Assembly: GCF_009834535.1 (NCBI RefSeq)
Contig: NC_045697.1
Location: 67,210,001 to 67,274,000 of the forward strand
Direction: 5' to 3'
Length of the DNA: 64,000 nt
Source of the DNA: Camelus ferus
Taxonomy: Eukaryota
Part shown: piece by piece, positions 53,581 to 64,000 of the stretch
Layout: every line of letters begins with the position of its first letter
How positions within the stretch are numbered: the first letter of the stretch is position 1
Notes under the pieces: generated by a model
What the model saw: the letters and a program-made list of their open reading frames with translations, nothing else
The model's database searches: none
Told to the model about the DNA's origin: nothing
Position numbers and translations under genes: made by a program

Positions 53581-56500
53581 GAGGAAAACCAAGGTGTTCG
53601 GGACGTGGGGCACCCTGGTGACCGGTGGCCACATGTTGAACTGACTATTCACTGGTCCCCCATGAATAAACAGCGAGTGCTGGCACTAGTAGACACAGGA
53701 GCTGAAATTACATTGGTGCATGGAAATCCGGAGCGTTTTCAGGGACCATGGGTTGATATAGAAGGATATGGAAACAAGCAAATGTATGTTAAACGAGTGA
53801 CTCTAATTTTGGGCATTGGCCATCTGCCCCCTGCTGCATATGAGGTGCATATACCCCAGTATATGCTGAATACATTCTGGGGATAAACATTTTGCAAGGA
53901 TTGCAAATACAGACCACTCAAGGGCAATTTCGCCTCAGAGTCCACATGATGAAAACAATTATACAGGGGCATCCTCATCATGCACCTTTGATTTTGCCAC
54001 AGGCCACATGAGTGGTGAATATCCAGCAATATCGATTGCCTGGTGGCCATGAGGAAATAGGACAGACTATCCTGAAGCTTGAGGAAGCCAGTATAATTCG
54101 GGCTACGCATAGCCCATATAACTCTCCAGTATGGCCAGTGCGGAAGCCAGATGTCTCCTAGAGGATGACAGTGGACTATCGGGAACTAAATAAAGTCACT
54201 CCCCCCATGCATGCAGCTGTACCGAATATAACAGATTTGATGGACTGGCTGTCTCATGAACTGGGTACTTGTCACTATGTGGTTGAACTGGCTAATGCAG
54301 TCTTCTCGATAGACATAGCCCCTGAGAGCCAAGAACAGTTTGCCTTCACCTGGGGAGGCAGACAATGGACATTTGTTGTGTTGCCACAGGGATATCTGCA
54401 CAGCCCCACACTGTGTCATGGCCTGGTGGCCCAGGACCTGGCTACGTGGAGAAAACCGGATACCGTTCGCTGGTTCCATTATATTGATGACATAATGCTA
54501 ACCTCTGATTCTCTTTCAGATTTGGAAACCAGTGCCACAGCGCTGCGAGAAGCCCTGGCGGGCTGGAGGTGGACCGTGAACGAGGACAAAGTGCAAGGAC
54601 CTGGCTATTCTGTCAAACTCTTGGGTGTTGTCTGATCGGGTAAGACAAAAGTGCTGCCTGAAGCAGTAATAGACAAAATCCAGGCATATTCCTGCCCTGA
54701 AACAGTTAAACAGTTACAGACTTATTTAGGTCTTCTGGGATACTGGCAGGTGCTTATTCCTCATTTGGCCCAAATAGCCAAACCACTGTATAAACTGATT
54801 AAAAAGGGAGAAGCCTAGAATTGGTCTGATGAGACCGAATGTGCATTTGTTGAGGGCAATGGCCCAAGCGCAAGCACTGCGCACTATAGATCCAGACCTT
54901 CCTTTCTGGTTGACAGTTCATGTGGACAATGATGGATATGGCTGGGGCTTATGACAGAAACATGGGCAGCGGAAAGTGCCCATAAGATTCCGGTCTCAGT
55001 TGTGGAAAGGGGCTAAATGTCGTTATTCTCTGAGAAACAGTTGCTAGCAACTTATGTATCCTTGATTGCCATTGAACCCCTGACGGGGAAGCAAGAGGTC
55101 CAAGTGCAGACCACATACCCTATTGCAGGATGGGTACAGACATGGGCAAAGCAACCCTGATCGGGAACTGCCCAAACCCCAACTCTGACGAAGTAGGGTG
55201 CTTATTTGGAACAGAGAGCCCAGTACACCATTAGCCCCTTGGCTGCAGAGTTGCAGCAGGTGTTAGGGCCTATGAAATTTGTTGCACCTGATGTACAGAT
55301 GCTCCCACAACAAGGGGTGGACCCTGTGCCCAGTCCCTTTCATGAAGGGAAAGGGCCACCCCCAGGAACTGCTTGGTATACTAATGGATCTTGTAAGGGC
55401 AGTCCGTCCACTTGGGTTGCAATAGCACTGCACCCTGCCACTGAAGCCTTCTGGTATGAGACCAGAGAAGGCCAATCCAGCCAATGGGCTGAGTTACGGG
55501 CAGTATGGCTGGTGTTGATGAATGAACCCAGCCCCTTGCAGATTTGTACAGATAGTTGGGCCATATATCGAGGCCTTACACTGTGGATACCCCAATGGGA
55601 CCTGCAAGACTGGATGATTGGGCACTGGCCCCTATGGGGACAACAGATGTGGAAACAGTTATAGGAAAAAGGCCAAGAAGGCCAATATACTGTTTACCCC
55701 GTACCAGGGCACCACCCAGCCCTGGCACTGGGCAATGATGCTGCTGATGCGCTAGCCCAACTCCACCCTGTACAGACTATGGTCCCAGGACCCAATATAG
55801 GTCCCTGGCTCCATAAGAAACTTGGTCATGTTGGCTCATACACAATGAGGCAGGTAGCCCACCGGTGGGGCCTGCACCTGAGCCACAGTGAAGCCAAAGA
55901 TGCCATGCGGCAATGTCCATGGTATGCTAAGTACCACCCACACCGGCGGCAATGACCCCAACAGATGGGGAAGATTGCATGGGGAATTCAGCCATTGCAG
56001 GTATGGCAAATAGATTACATAGGCCCCTTTGCTCCGAGTACGGGCTTGCGGTACCTGCTGCCAGTGGTAGACACCGCTACTGGTCTAGGTTTTGCTCACC
56101 ATGTGCCCTGAGCTACACAAGACTCTACTATTAGAGCACTGGAAGTTTTACAGGCCTTCTATGGGACTCCCTTAGAAATACAAAATGATAGAGGGACCCC
56201 TTTCACTGCCCAACAGACCCAAGAATGGGCCAAAGAAAATGATATTAATTGGATATTGCATGTGCCTTACCGTCCTCAAGCAGCAGGAATGATTGAACGG
56301 TACAATGGCCTATTAAAGGACAAACTGAGGGCTCTCAAACCACAAGGGCAAGGCTGGAACAATGTCTTGCCGCAGGCGGTACATCTTTTGAATGAACAAC
56401 CTCGCCATACAGGTATGAGCCCACTGGAAAAATTATTGCAAGGGACTATTCAGAGGCTCAAAGTTGGGCCTGTGCAGGATGCCTCCGATGTCTCAATAAT

Positions 56501-56948
56501 GGGGCATACGTTAATATTACATGCCCCCAGGGTATTAAACTCAGGAAAACAGGACACCTAGACATAGAAGAATCAGGTCCAGACTGAAGGCCCCTGGCTA
56601 GCCCTTTTGGAACCATGGGGCAATGGGCTAGAGAAAGCCCTGCAGGTAACCCCAAGAGTGAGGGCATGACCTTTTGATATGCAGGTTACTCTAAGGAAAA
56701 CAGGAATGTCCCTACTTAAAGGAGCAGAAGCCCTACGGCTTTGGGCAATTCCACTGATAGCTCCTGAAGCTCTCCCAGAATGTAACCAATCTAGTGTGGG
56801 CAGGTTGGTATGGTACCACCGCCCAGGGTGAACAGCACTTCATGCCACTGTACTCTCACAGGATGAGAAAGTGGCTTGCATCCTCCCAGAAGGGAGAAAT
56901 TTACCAATCATGGTGTCCACCTCTGCTCTGTCCTTCCATCCAGGGTAA
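53581..56948 (+). pseudogene. pol: ERV-S pro-pol: protease, reverse transcriptase, RNase H, integrase (disrupted)
   Basis: Protease LALVDTGA (DTG 53692-53700). [36 protein letters not shown] and YIDD (54480-54491). RNase H WYT(N)GS, SSQWAELRAV and TDSW. Integrase HHCC remnant (WLHKKLGH...CPWY), WQIDYIGP, QNDRGTPF and GMIERYNGLLK. The final frame ends at TAA 56946-56948. Several stops and frameshifts. Confidence 0.94.
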
Positions 56949-58096
56949 CAGCAAATACCATGTTCTCCTGGGCACACACATTCGCGTGAGTCCACAACGT
57001 CTCTCACTGTTGGGTCTATACTGAACTTCCCATAGATACTGAACTGCCATGGCACCTCCACCCCACGTCCAGAGCTAATTGGAGCACCTTGATTCGATGG
57101 AATGCCAACAGGACAGCGAGATCGCCCTGGGACTTGCGGCAGCAGACTATTGAAGAAATACTCCCACATGAGCAGGGCAGTCCCCCCCCCACCCAATTAG
57201 AAAGACGGTATGTAATGGGTGGGAATAAATGAATAGTGTTCATGTAAAAGTGAGAAATTTAAGCCCCCTCTGTATGGAACAGCGATTTGAACACGAGGCT
57301 CCAAATCGCACAATGGGGTGGCTCCCAGAAGAGCTATGTGCCAAAATTACTTATAATGTAAATGCCTCCACCTGGTGGGATGGACGACCTCTAATTGGCA
57401 CAAAACCCACTGATTTCCTGCCACCAGGGTATCTGTGGGTATACGGCACCCACAGATGGTCTTATCTCCCAACTAAATGGGCAGGGTGCTGTACTTGGGG
57501 GTAAAGCTTACTTGCCCGGACATATCCGGCCCACTTTAACAGAGAGCCCCACAAACTGGAACCCACTGCACACCCGGTGGCACTGGGGGAAGCGTGCAGC
57601 TTGATGGTTTTATCCCATGGCCCTGTTCCTGCCTGGTGCTGGGACCATCAATGTAGAATTGCAGGTAGAAGCTTTGGCTCAGCACATATCAGCTGTACTA
57701 AATGTTACTAGAAGAGCTATAGAGAAATTGTTAGACGAGACTACCCAGATGCGAAAGATAGTCTTACAAAATAGCATGGCATTAGATATTCTCACTGTAA
57801 GCCAGGGTGGCACATATGCTATGTTACATATTGAATGTTGTATCTATATACCACATCACCAGAAGGAAATAGCTAAGGCACTGCATGAAATAGATCAGGA
57901 ATTGGATCGTATAGATTATATAACGCAAGACCCCCTTAAGAATTGGTGGTCATCCTTGATGTCCTCCTAGAGATGGAGCCTAACTGTCCTGGCTATTGTT
58001 GCTGTCTGCGTATTAGTAGGATGCTGTACTCTGTATTGTTGTTGTGGTCTTTGGGCACAATGCTCCGCCCTGTGGGCTAAGGTCCCCACGACCTAA
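56944..58096 (+). pseudogene. env: ERV env, gamma-type SU-TM (disrupted)
   Basis: SU start ANTMFSWAHTFA*VHNVSHCWVYTELP (CWVC motif degraded, 57008-57019); GYLWVYG...WAGCCTWG; furin site remnant WGKR (57584-57595); fusion peptide WFYPMALFLPGAG; ISD LQNSMALDILTVSQGG (57764-57811); CX6CC remnant YAMLHIECC; membrane anchor LTVLAIVAVCVLVGCC; stop TAA 58094-58096. Two frameshifts and three internal stops. Confidence 0.9.
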
Positions 58097-58105
58097 GGGG
58101 TAAAA
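58095..58105 (+). other. Polypurine tract
   Basis: AAGGGGTAAAA immediately 5' of the 3' LTR TG, overlapping the env stop codon. Confidence 0.75.
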
Positions 58106-58535
58106 TGTGAGCTGGCCTTGAGATGAGTTAAGGCCGTGGGACCCAAGGCCACAGCCAGAGCCTTGAGATAAGTTAAGGCTGTGGGACCCAAGGCCACGAC
58201 TACAGAGCATGTTTGTAGTATGCAGTAAATAATTGCTCCACACATGCGTCAATTATATAAGATTTAGAACAAAGAAAATAGAAGTAAGCATGTGCTAGAG
58301 ATATTCTGTAAGCCTAACGAACAAAGAAACTCAGACCGTGCATGTGCTGACAGGAAAACAGATAAAAGCAGGGCAGGTGCATCATAGGCGTGCACCTTCC
58401 TGTGGCAATAAAGTGTTGTTAACCGCATGGTGTCTCTGGCTGAAGTCTGTCCGGCAGTATGGCAACTCCTCATGCATTTTTTCGTTTGGGCCGCTCACCT
58501 CCTCGAAACCCACATCAGCCTCCCTCAGGCTGACA
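58106..58535 (+). repeat. 3' LTR (430 bp)
   Basis: Direct repeat of the 5' LTR (by-eye alignment: ~23 substitutions and 4 small indels). Intact AATAAA at 58407-58412; followed by TSD ATACT. Confidence 0.96.
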
Positions 58536-61500
58536 ATACTTTATATTTGGCATTGTCTAAAAGAGGAAAATTGATGTTCCATTTGACTTTTCTTTCAGAA
58601 TAAGAGACAATGTCTTCAGGAAAAAAAATCCAAAGATACAAATCTTTCATAATAACTCATTGAAGGCATATGACCTTTTTAATGTATTTGCCTTTTAATA
58701 GTTGACATCCACCCCACTGGGTCACAAGAGCCCGCTTTTGGTGCTAACAGCCTTCTTCCATGAAACAAAAATGGAAATTTGTCCTAAAAAGCAAAAAGAA
58801 TGCCCTATCCCCCAAACAGTAGAAGGAAAAAATTTTACTCAACTCTTAAAAAGTCTATCTACTCTCAATTCTCACTAAATGAAACATATGCATAAGTGAA
58901 AAAAACAAAACCAAAAAAAACCCCTAACAACAACAACAAAACTTCTCCCAGACAAGGAGACTTATACCTGAAATAGGAAAAGAAAATAATAGCAAAGAAT
59001 GTGAGTTGACTAACTTTGGTTTAATTATTCAAAGACCAGCTAGTTCTCCAGCAAATCTGAATACCAAGCATCCTCAAGTTGTGTAATTTTCACTAGCATT
59101 TGGAAGATTTAATTGTTGAATGTATGTCCTCGGCCCATGCAAAAGAAGGAAATGGAGAACAAACTAACATCGGTGAATACTCAGAGGGCCAGCCAGACCA
59201 CATAATTGTTACAAACCACATGCTCATAGGAGAAGGACTTCCATAAATATAACAATGGAACTCTGTTTCCAGATGAAAACTCCTTTTTTCACTGTGCAGT
59301 TTCTGAATACATAATGATTTCCTTAATACTTTTTTAAGTAAACCACAGAAACTCTAAGGGAGAGTTTATTTTATCCTGACAAAACAGCTTTTACAAAAAA
59401 GATTAAATACATGCAGTTCTATGAAAACATAATCTGGAAATAAAATGTTAAACTTGGCACAGATGTGGGTACCCAGTGCACAAGAGTGAAGCTCAGAAGC
59501 CCAGGTATCTGTTTATTCCTGAGATGAGTTCTGGCCTCAGAAAACAAATTCTACTGTCCCATGGGCCAGAGGCTCCCTGATTCCATCAAGAGCTCATAGG
59601 ATGATAATCCCATTTTACACTTCTCTATTGAGCAGTGACTGTTATTTGAAAAATGTCCTAAACTGGAGTCACACAGACTAAATGTTATATAATTAGTCAC
59701 ATTTATAATGATGTAATTTTGCCTCTCTCATTTTCCTTTCTCACATTTCTTATTAATTTAAAATTTTAACTATCTCCATCAATTACTTATTAGAGAGTTC
59801 TAGGAACTTGTTCTGAGTGTTCCCTAACCCCTGGCCTTGGAGCTTTTCTGGGCCACATTGAGACTGCTTTCTGGTAGAATTCCAGAAAATGACCAACATC
59901 AGCTATTTCATTTGCATTTGCTGGTTTCAATGCTTGTAATAATCTGAAAACTGTGATAATACTCCAGTCTCCAAAATTGAACTCAATGGCCTGTGTGTTT
60001 GTTGTTTGGTTTGCTGGCTTTGGTCTACTTCCACCTTCTTCCTCCCACTTGTCCCTAAGCTAAGACAGAGAAGAAAGAGTGAGGTGGGTGAGATGGAAAA
60101 GGCCTGAAATTCTAGTAAAGCCATTGTAATTACTTTTTTAATGCTACACGGGGATTCTTGGGAATGCTTCTCTAGTTCCCTTAAACTTGGCAAGTATACC
60201 TTCATAATGACAAAATTACTGACAAATGTAGTGCTATTACTATTTTTATCAATGAAACTAAAATAATGAAAACAGTTTACTTAACTATTATTGTTCATTA
60301 CTGTGTGGTCTGCTGATAGGCTGGTGACATCTGGGTAAGTAATAAAATCATGTATAATTCATATATTTTATATATTTATTCCATGAAATTTAATTTTCTT
60401 GCCTTGATCTTAATAAAATCACTGATTAGATTATTATAATTAAAATGTTCATTTTTTTATGTTAATCACTTCTTGAAGCATTATAGTTCTTATTGTTTTA
60501 TTTTATTGATTTCAAGTTAGAGAATTTTCTCATGGCTGAGGCAGAAGTAATTATTAAAACCATATTTAAAATAGGAAGCATATAATAAATTTGATACTAT
60601 AATCATGCACTGTGATGGAATCAAATATAAATTATCATAACCACAGAAAATACTATAAAATATTTTAACTTTAGCATATGGTTCATTACACATCACAGTT
60701 TTTACTGCTAAGGTATTATACAAATCTCCACAATATTTGTTGATATTTTTCTTTTAAATATTTCAATGCTATGATGGCAGAGGAATTAAATAAGAACATA
60801 TTGCTCAGTTTGGCCACATATACCTTAAGATTAAATCTCGATCTGTAATAGAAAAGTCTCTACAGAAATTACAGTCAGGATTTGTATGTGACATAATTTC
60901 CTTACATTTTATTGGAATGCCATAGCTTACATAAAATTTGTTTCAATTTGAGAAAAATTCTCAAAACTAAAGAAATATTTTATAAATTTAAAGTAAAATA
61001 ATAAAGCTTAACTTAGTTTTTATAACTTATTGCTATCATGATTAATATTATTAGTAGTTTATAACAAATACCTGCATGTAGCTCAAGTCAAAATAATTTC
61101 ATTTCTACCAGAAAACATGATTCAATTTGATTTGAGGATCATTAGTATATTTCTTTAATTCTGCTAATGAATTTTATCTTGCCTAAATTAATTTTAATGG
61201 CATTAACAATATTTAGTTAGCATTCCCTAGTACGTCTGAGAGTACTGTAAGAACAAATAGGATACATGTTTCACCAAGCTGTTCCACCTCTGGGCAAATC
61301 TGGAAAACATCATATAATCTTGACTTGTTCCAAAGATCATTACTGACATTGGCACAATTGAGACCATGTTTCTGCATGACAATTTCCAACTATAAGCTTG
61401 GCACCTAGAATATATCTACATTTTTTGCCAAAATTCCAGCTTGTAGACCATTTCCTTTGAACTACTATGCAATTATCTTTAAAACCAATGCCTGAAATTG

Positions 61501-62247
61501 AAAGCTAGTTTTCTCAGTTCTTCATTTTATTCAAAACATATCCTTTTTACAGTAAGTTAGAAAACAAATGAAAATCTCTTTGACTTCTATATTTTTATCT
61601 GGTGGTTCAATAGTTTGTATACAATAACTGTTAGTTAGTTATTCAGCAAGATTTTTGCCCCTTACAAACTAGTTGAACTGTGTACTATTTCCTTTTTTAT
61701 TGTAGGTATGATATTCTCTCACTTTAATGCCCTTTACATTAGCAATATCATTCTAAATTATTAATACTTGATAGTAATAATCTGTTTTAATATTTTTACC
61801 TGTCTTTATATTTGGTCATTATACCAATATATTTCTAAATCATTTTTATTAAAGCTAGTCATTTTCCAGTGTTTTTCCAAGTTTTTCCAAAAATACTGCA
61901 CTGCTATTGCCACAAAACACTGTTGTGCTTAGCTAAACACTGAAGAAATAGTATTAATATTTTAAGAACAACATTACTATGTTCTATATTGGCAATTACT
62001 TGTTTGTGTTGAATGCTGTTGATTTCTTACTGTTTACTCACTCTTTTTTCCCTCTGGTTCCAGTAATTGCTTGTATGTGTATATTTCTGTACAAGTGATG
62101 TTTCCTGTTTTGTTCTTTTATTTGCCAGTTTAAATGTTTCCAATCATAAATGAAGTCCAAAGTTGATCTTGAAGATTGGTTGTGAGAAATGTAATAGAAG
62201 AAAAAATACTTTGTTTTTGGATTTATAATATAAAAACATGTTTCTCT

Positions 62248-62442
62248 GGAGGGAAAGAGGAAGAGGGAGTTATTGTTTAATGGGTACAGAGTTTCAGTTG
62301 GGGTGATGAGAACATTTTGGAGATTGATAATGATGGTTGCACAATAGCATGAATGCATTTAATGCCACTGAGCTATAAAATTTAAAAATACATAGAATGT
62401 TAAATTTTATGTTATGCACATCTTATCTCAGTTTTTTAAAAG
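62248..62442 (+). mobile_element. Old L1M (L1MB-like) 3' end
   Basis: GGGAGTTATTGTTTAATGGGTACAGAGTTTCAGTTGGGGTGATGAG...GATGGTTGCACAA...ATTTAATGCCACTGA...TAAATTTTATGTTATG, characteristic of an L1MB 3' UTR. Confidence 0.85.
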
Positions 62443-63364
62443 ATGCTGAAAAAGACCATTTCTACAGTTTCTTTCTCCATTTGAAATAATTTTGGCATAA
62501 AGTTAAATTAAAATATTCTACCAGGGTAATAGAAAGAAAAATGGTGATAATAAATTTGAATATGATTATGTTTTGTTAGAAATATTACCACATTCTCAGG
62601 ATGATGTGATTGCTATTTTTCAGAATTACCACCTGATAAACATAGTAAATCATCAAGAATTTTTTTGTTCTCCTGCCTACTATACCAACTTCACAAATAT
62701 AATTTTTAATATTCTAGCAGGAAGTAGAGTTGTACTTGTTTCTGAATCGTAAATTTGACTATGAGTAATTCTTTTTTTATTTTCATTGTTTTGATCATTA
62801 ATTACATCATCCAGTAAATAATGTAATATGCCTGATTTCAGCTGACTTATTCAAGTTGAAAATTAGATGATAAATTTTCATAATTTTATGATGCTATTTT
62901 TATTATTTTGATTAGTAACTATAGCATAATTAAATATTTAGTAATGTCTCATTGATGGACTTTATGTCATATTTGACAGAAGTCTATTCACTTTTATTAT
63001 TAGAATTTAAAAAATTTGAGCAGACCAACTCTGAAGATAATCTTTTCTTTTCAGCATCTATTTTTGAGTTCCATTTATATCTTTTATTTCTATCATGATC
63101 CTGACTTGAGATCAATCATAACAACTAAAGATTTAAAAAATAAAGAGTAATTCACTTAGAGAGTTCAAAATTGAATACATTTTTAATCAAAAATGTATAT
63201 TAAACAAGAAATACAAAAAAATTAAAATTATATTCCACATGTTTGTTACTTCTCAATAATACATGATTGCAGCAATTGGAAAGCAATACCCTGAAATAAT
63301 GGACTTCTAGCCAAAATGGTTCAGTCTGCGCTTGAATGAGTGACTAATTCATCATATTTACTCC

Positions 63365-63990
63365 TGTAGCCAGAACTGGTCTTGGAATCAAGGGTAAATA
63401 TGCAAGTGGCTCTTCTTAGTATTACATCTTACAACCTACTTACAGAATTTGTTTGCTTCCATTCCCTGCAACTTGGAGTTATGTTGCTTTGGAGTTCTTA
63501 GTTTCTAAAGGAGGGATGCCTCCACCAGGGGCTATGAAAAGAGGCCCAGTGAACTGGACTCCTATGTGGCCATTCTGGAATTTTCATGGCTTTGAACCAA
63601 CAGGCAAAGAAAATCGGAGTGGATGTCATTCTAATGGATGTGGTAATAATCAAGAAGAAATTGGGATCCTCTTTACAATGGTTGTATGGAGGACTATGCC
63701 TCAAACCTTCTGGATTTCCTGAGGTACATTTTAGTATTTCCATATCAAATAGTAAGAATTAATGGAAAAGTGTATCAAGGGGAAAAAAAAGAGGTAGAAA
63801 CACTGAGGCTTCATACTCTTTAGGAATGAAGTTTGGGATCACCTCACCAGGTAAAGAACCCCATTTAGCCAAGGTTCTGGCTAGGGACAAAGGTAGCATA
63901 AAATGAATAGTGAAAGAAGGATAACTATATTCTCATGGCTAATTACTGGAATGAGAGATTTAAACGCTAAGTATAGTATCCTTTGCTGTT
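63365..63990 (+). mobile_element. Ancient ERV-L internal fragment (integrase 3' end + dUTPase)
   Basis: Degraded translation LPFPATW..ALEFLVSKGGMPPPG...VNW...QEEIGIL resembles ERV-L dUTPase (LLPVPATL.SAGLEVLVPKGGMLPPGD...LNWKL...QGEIGLLL, recalled). Downstream GGAATGAAGTTTGGGATCACCTCACCAGGTAAAGAACC matches the ERV-L GMKVWVTPPGKEP tail. Confidence 0.8.
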
Positions 63991-64000
63991 TATGTGTGTG

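Larger units (their letters stand above)
51716..58535 (+). mobile_element. Full-length defective endogenous retrovirus, class III ERV-S (HERV-S-like), LTR-gag-pro-pol-env-LTR
   Basis: Paired LTRs TGTGAG...CTGACA; ATACT duplicated at 51711-51715 and 58536-58540; tRNA-Ser PBS; ERV-L/S-type gag; protease DTG; RT YIDD; RNase H; integrase; env; PPT. Confidence 0.96.

Noticed and set aside
52274..57243. Minus-strand ORFs within the provirus (90-162 aa)
   Set aside because: Antisense shadows of gag/pol/env with no recognisable motifs.
56944..58096. env as a co-opted syncytin-like gene
   Set aside because: Three internal stops, two frameshifts, and mutated CXXC, furin, ISD and CX6CC motifs; it cannot encode a fusogen.
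51716..58535. Absolute integration age from LTR divergence
   Set aside because: Host species and neutral rate are unknown, many differences are at CpG, and my count is by eye; no date is given.

Overview
AT-rich eutherian mammal genomic DNA, non-human. (1) A CpG island at ~14.6-17.1 kb holds the promoter and first coding exon of the netrin receptor UNC5C on the minus strand (CDS 16036->15913, MRKGLRATAARCGLGLGYVLQMLVLPALALLSASGTGSAAQ, phase-1 GTAAG donor). Bases 1-15912 are therefore UNC5C intron 1 and ~17-64 kb is upstream intergenic DNA. (2) A complete but defective 6,820-bp class III (ERV-S/HERV-S-like) provirus lies at 51716-58535, with two TG...CA LTRs, a 5-bp ATACT target-site duplication, a perfect 18-nt tRNA-Ser PBS, gag-pro-pol and a gamma-type env. 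Its notable details are an in-frame amber gag/pol junction followed by an MLV-like 8-nt spacer and stem/pseudoknot, about 12 inferred Trp->stop and other G->A lesions suggesting APOBEC3 hypermutation, a possible dUTPase remnant after integrase, an env that begins at a splice acceptor with no visible signal peptide, and NR5A-type motifs in U3. (3) The rest is ancient repeats (MIR, L2, L3/CR1, MLT1, MER3, MER44/Tigger7, L1M, an ERV-L dUTPase fragment) and microsatellites, with no recognisable lineage-specific SINE. Family assignments come from recalled consensus motifs, not database searches, and old-repeat boundaries are approximate.
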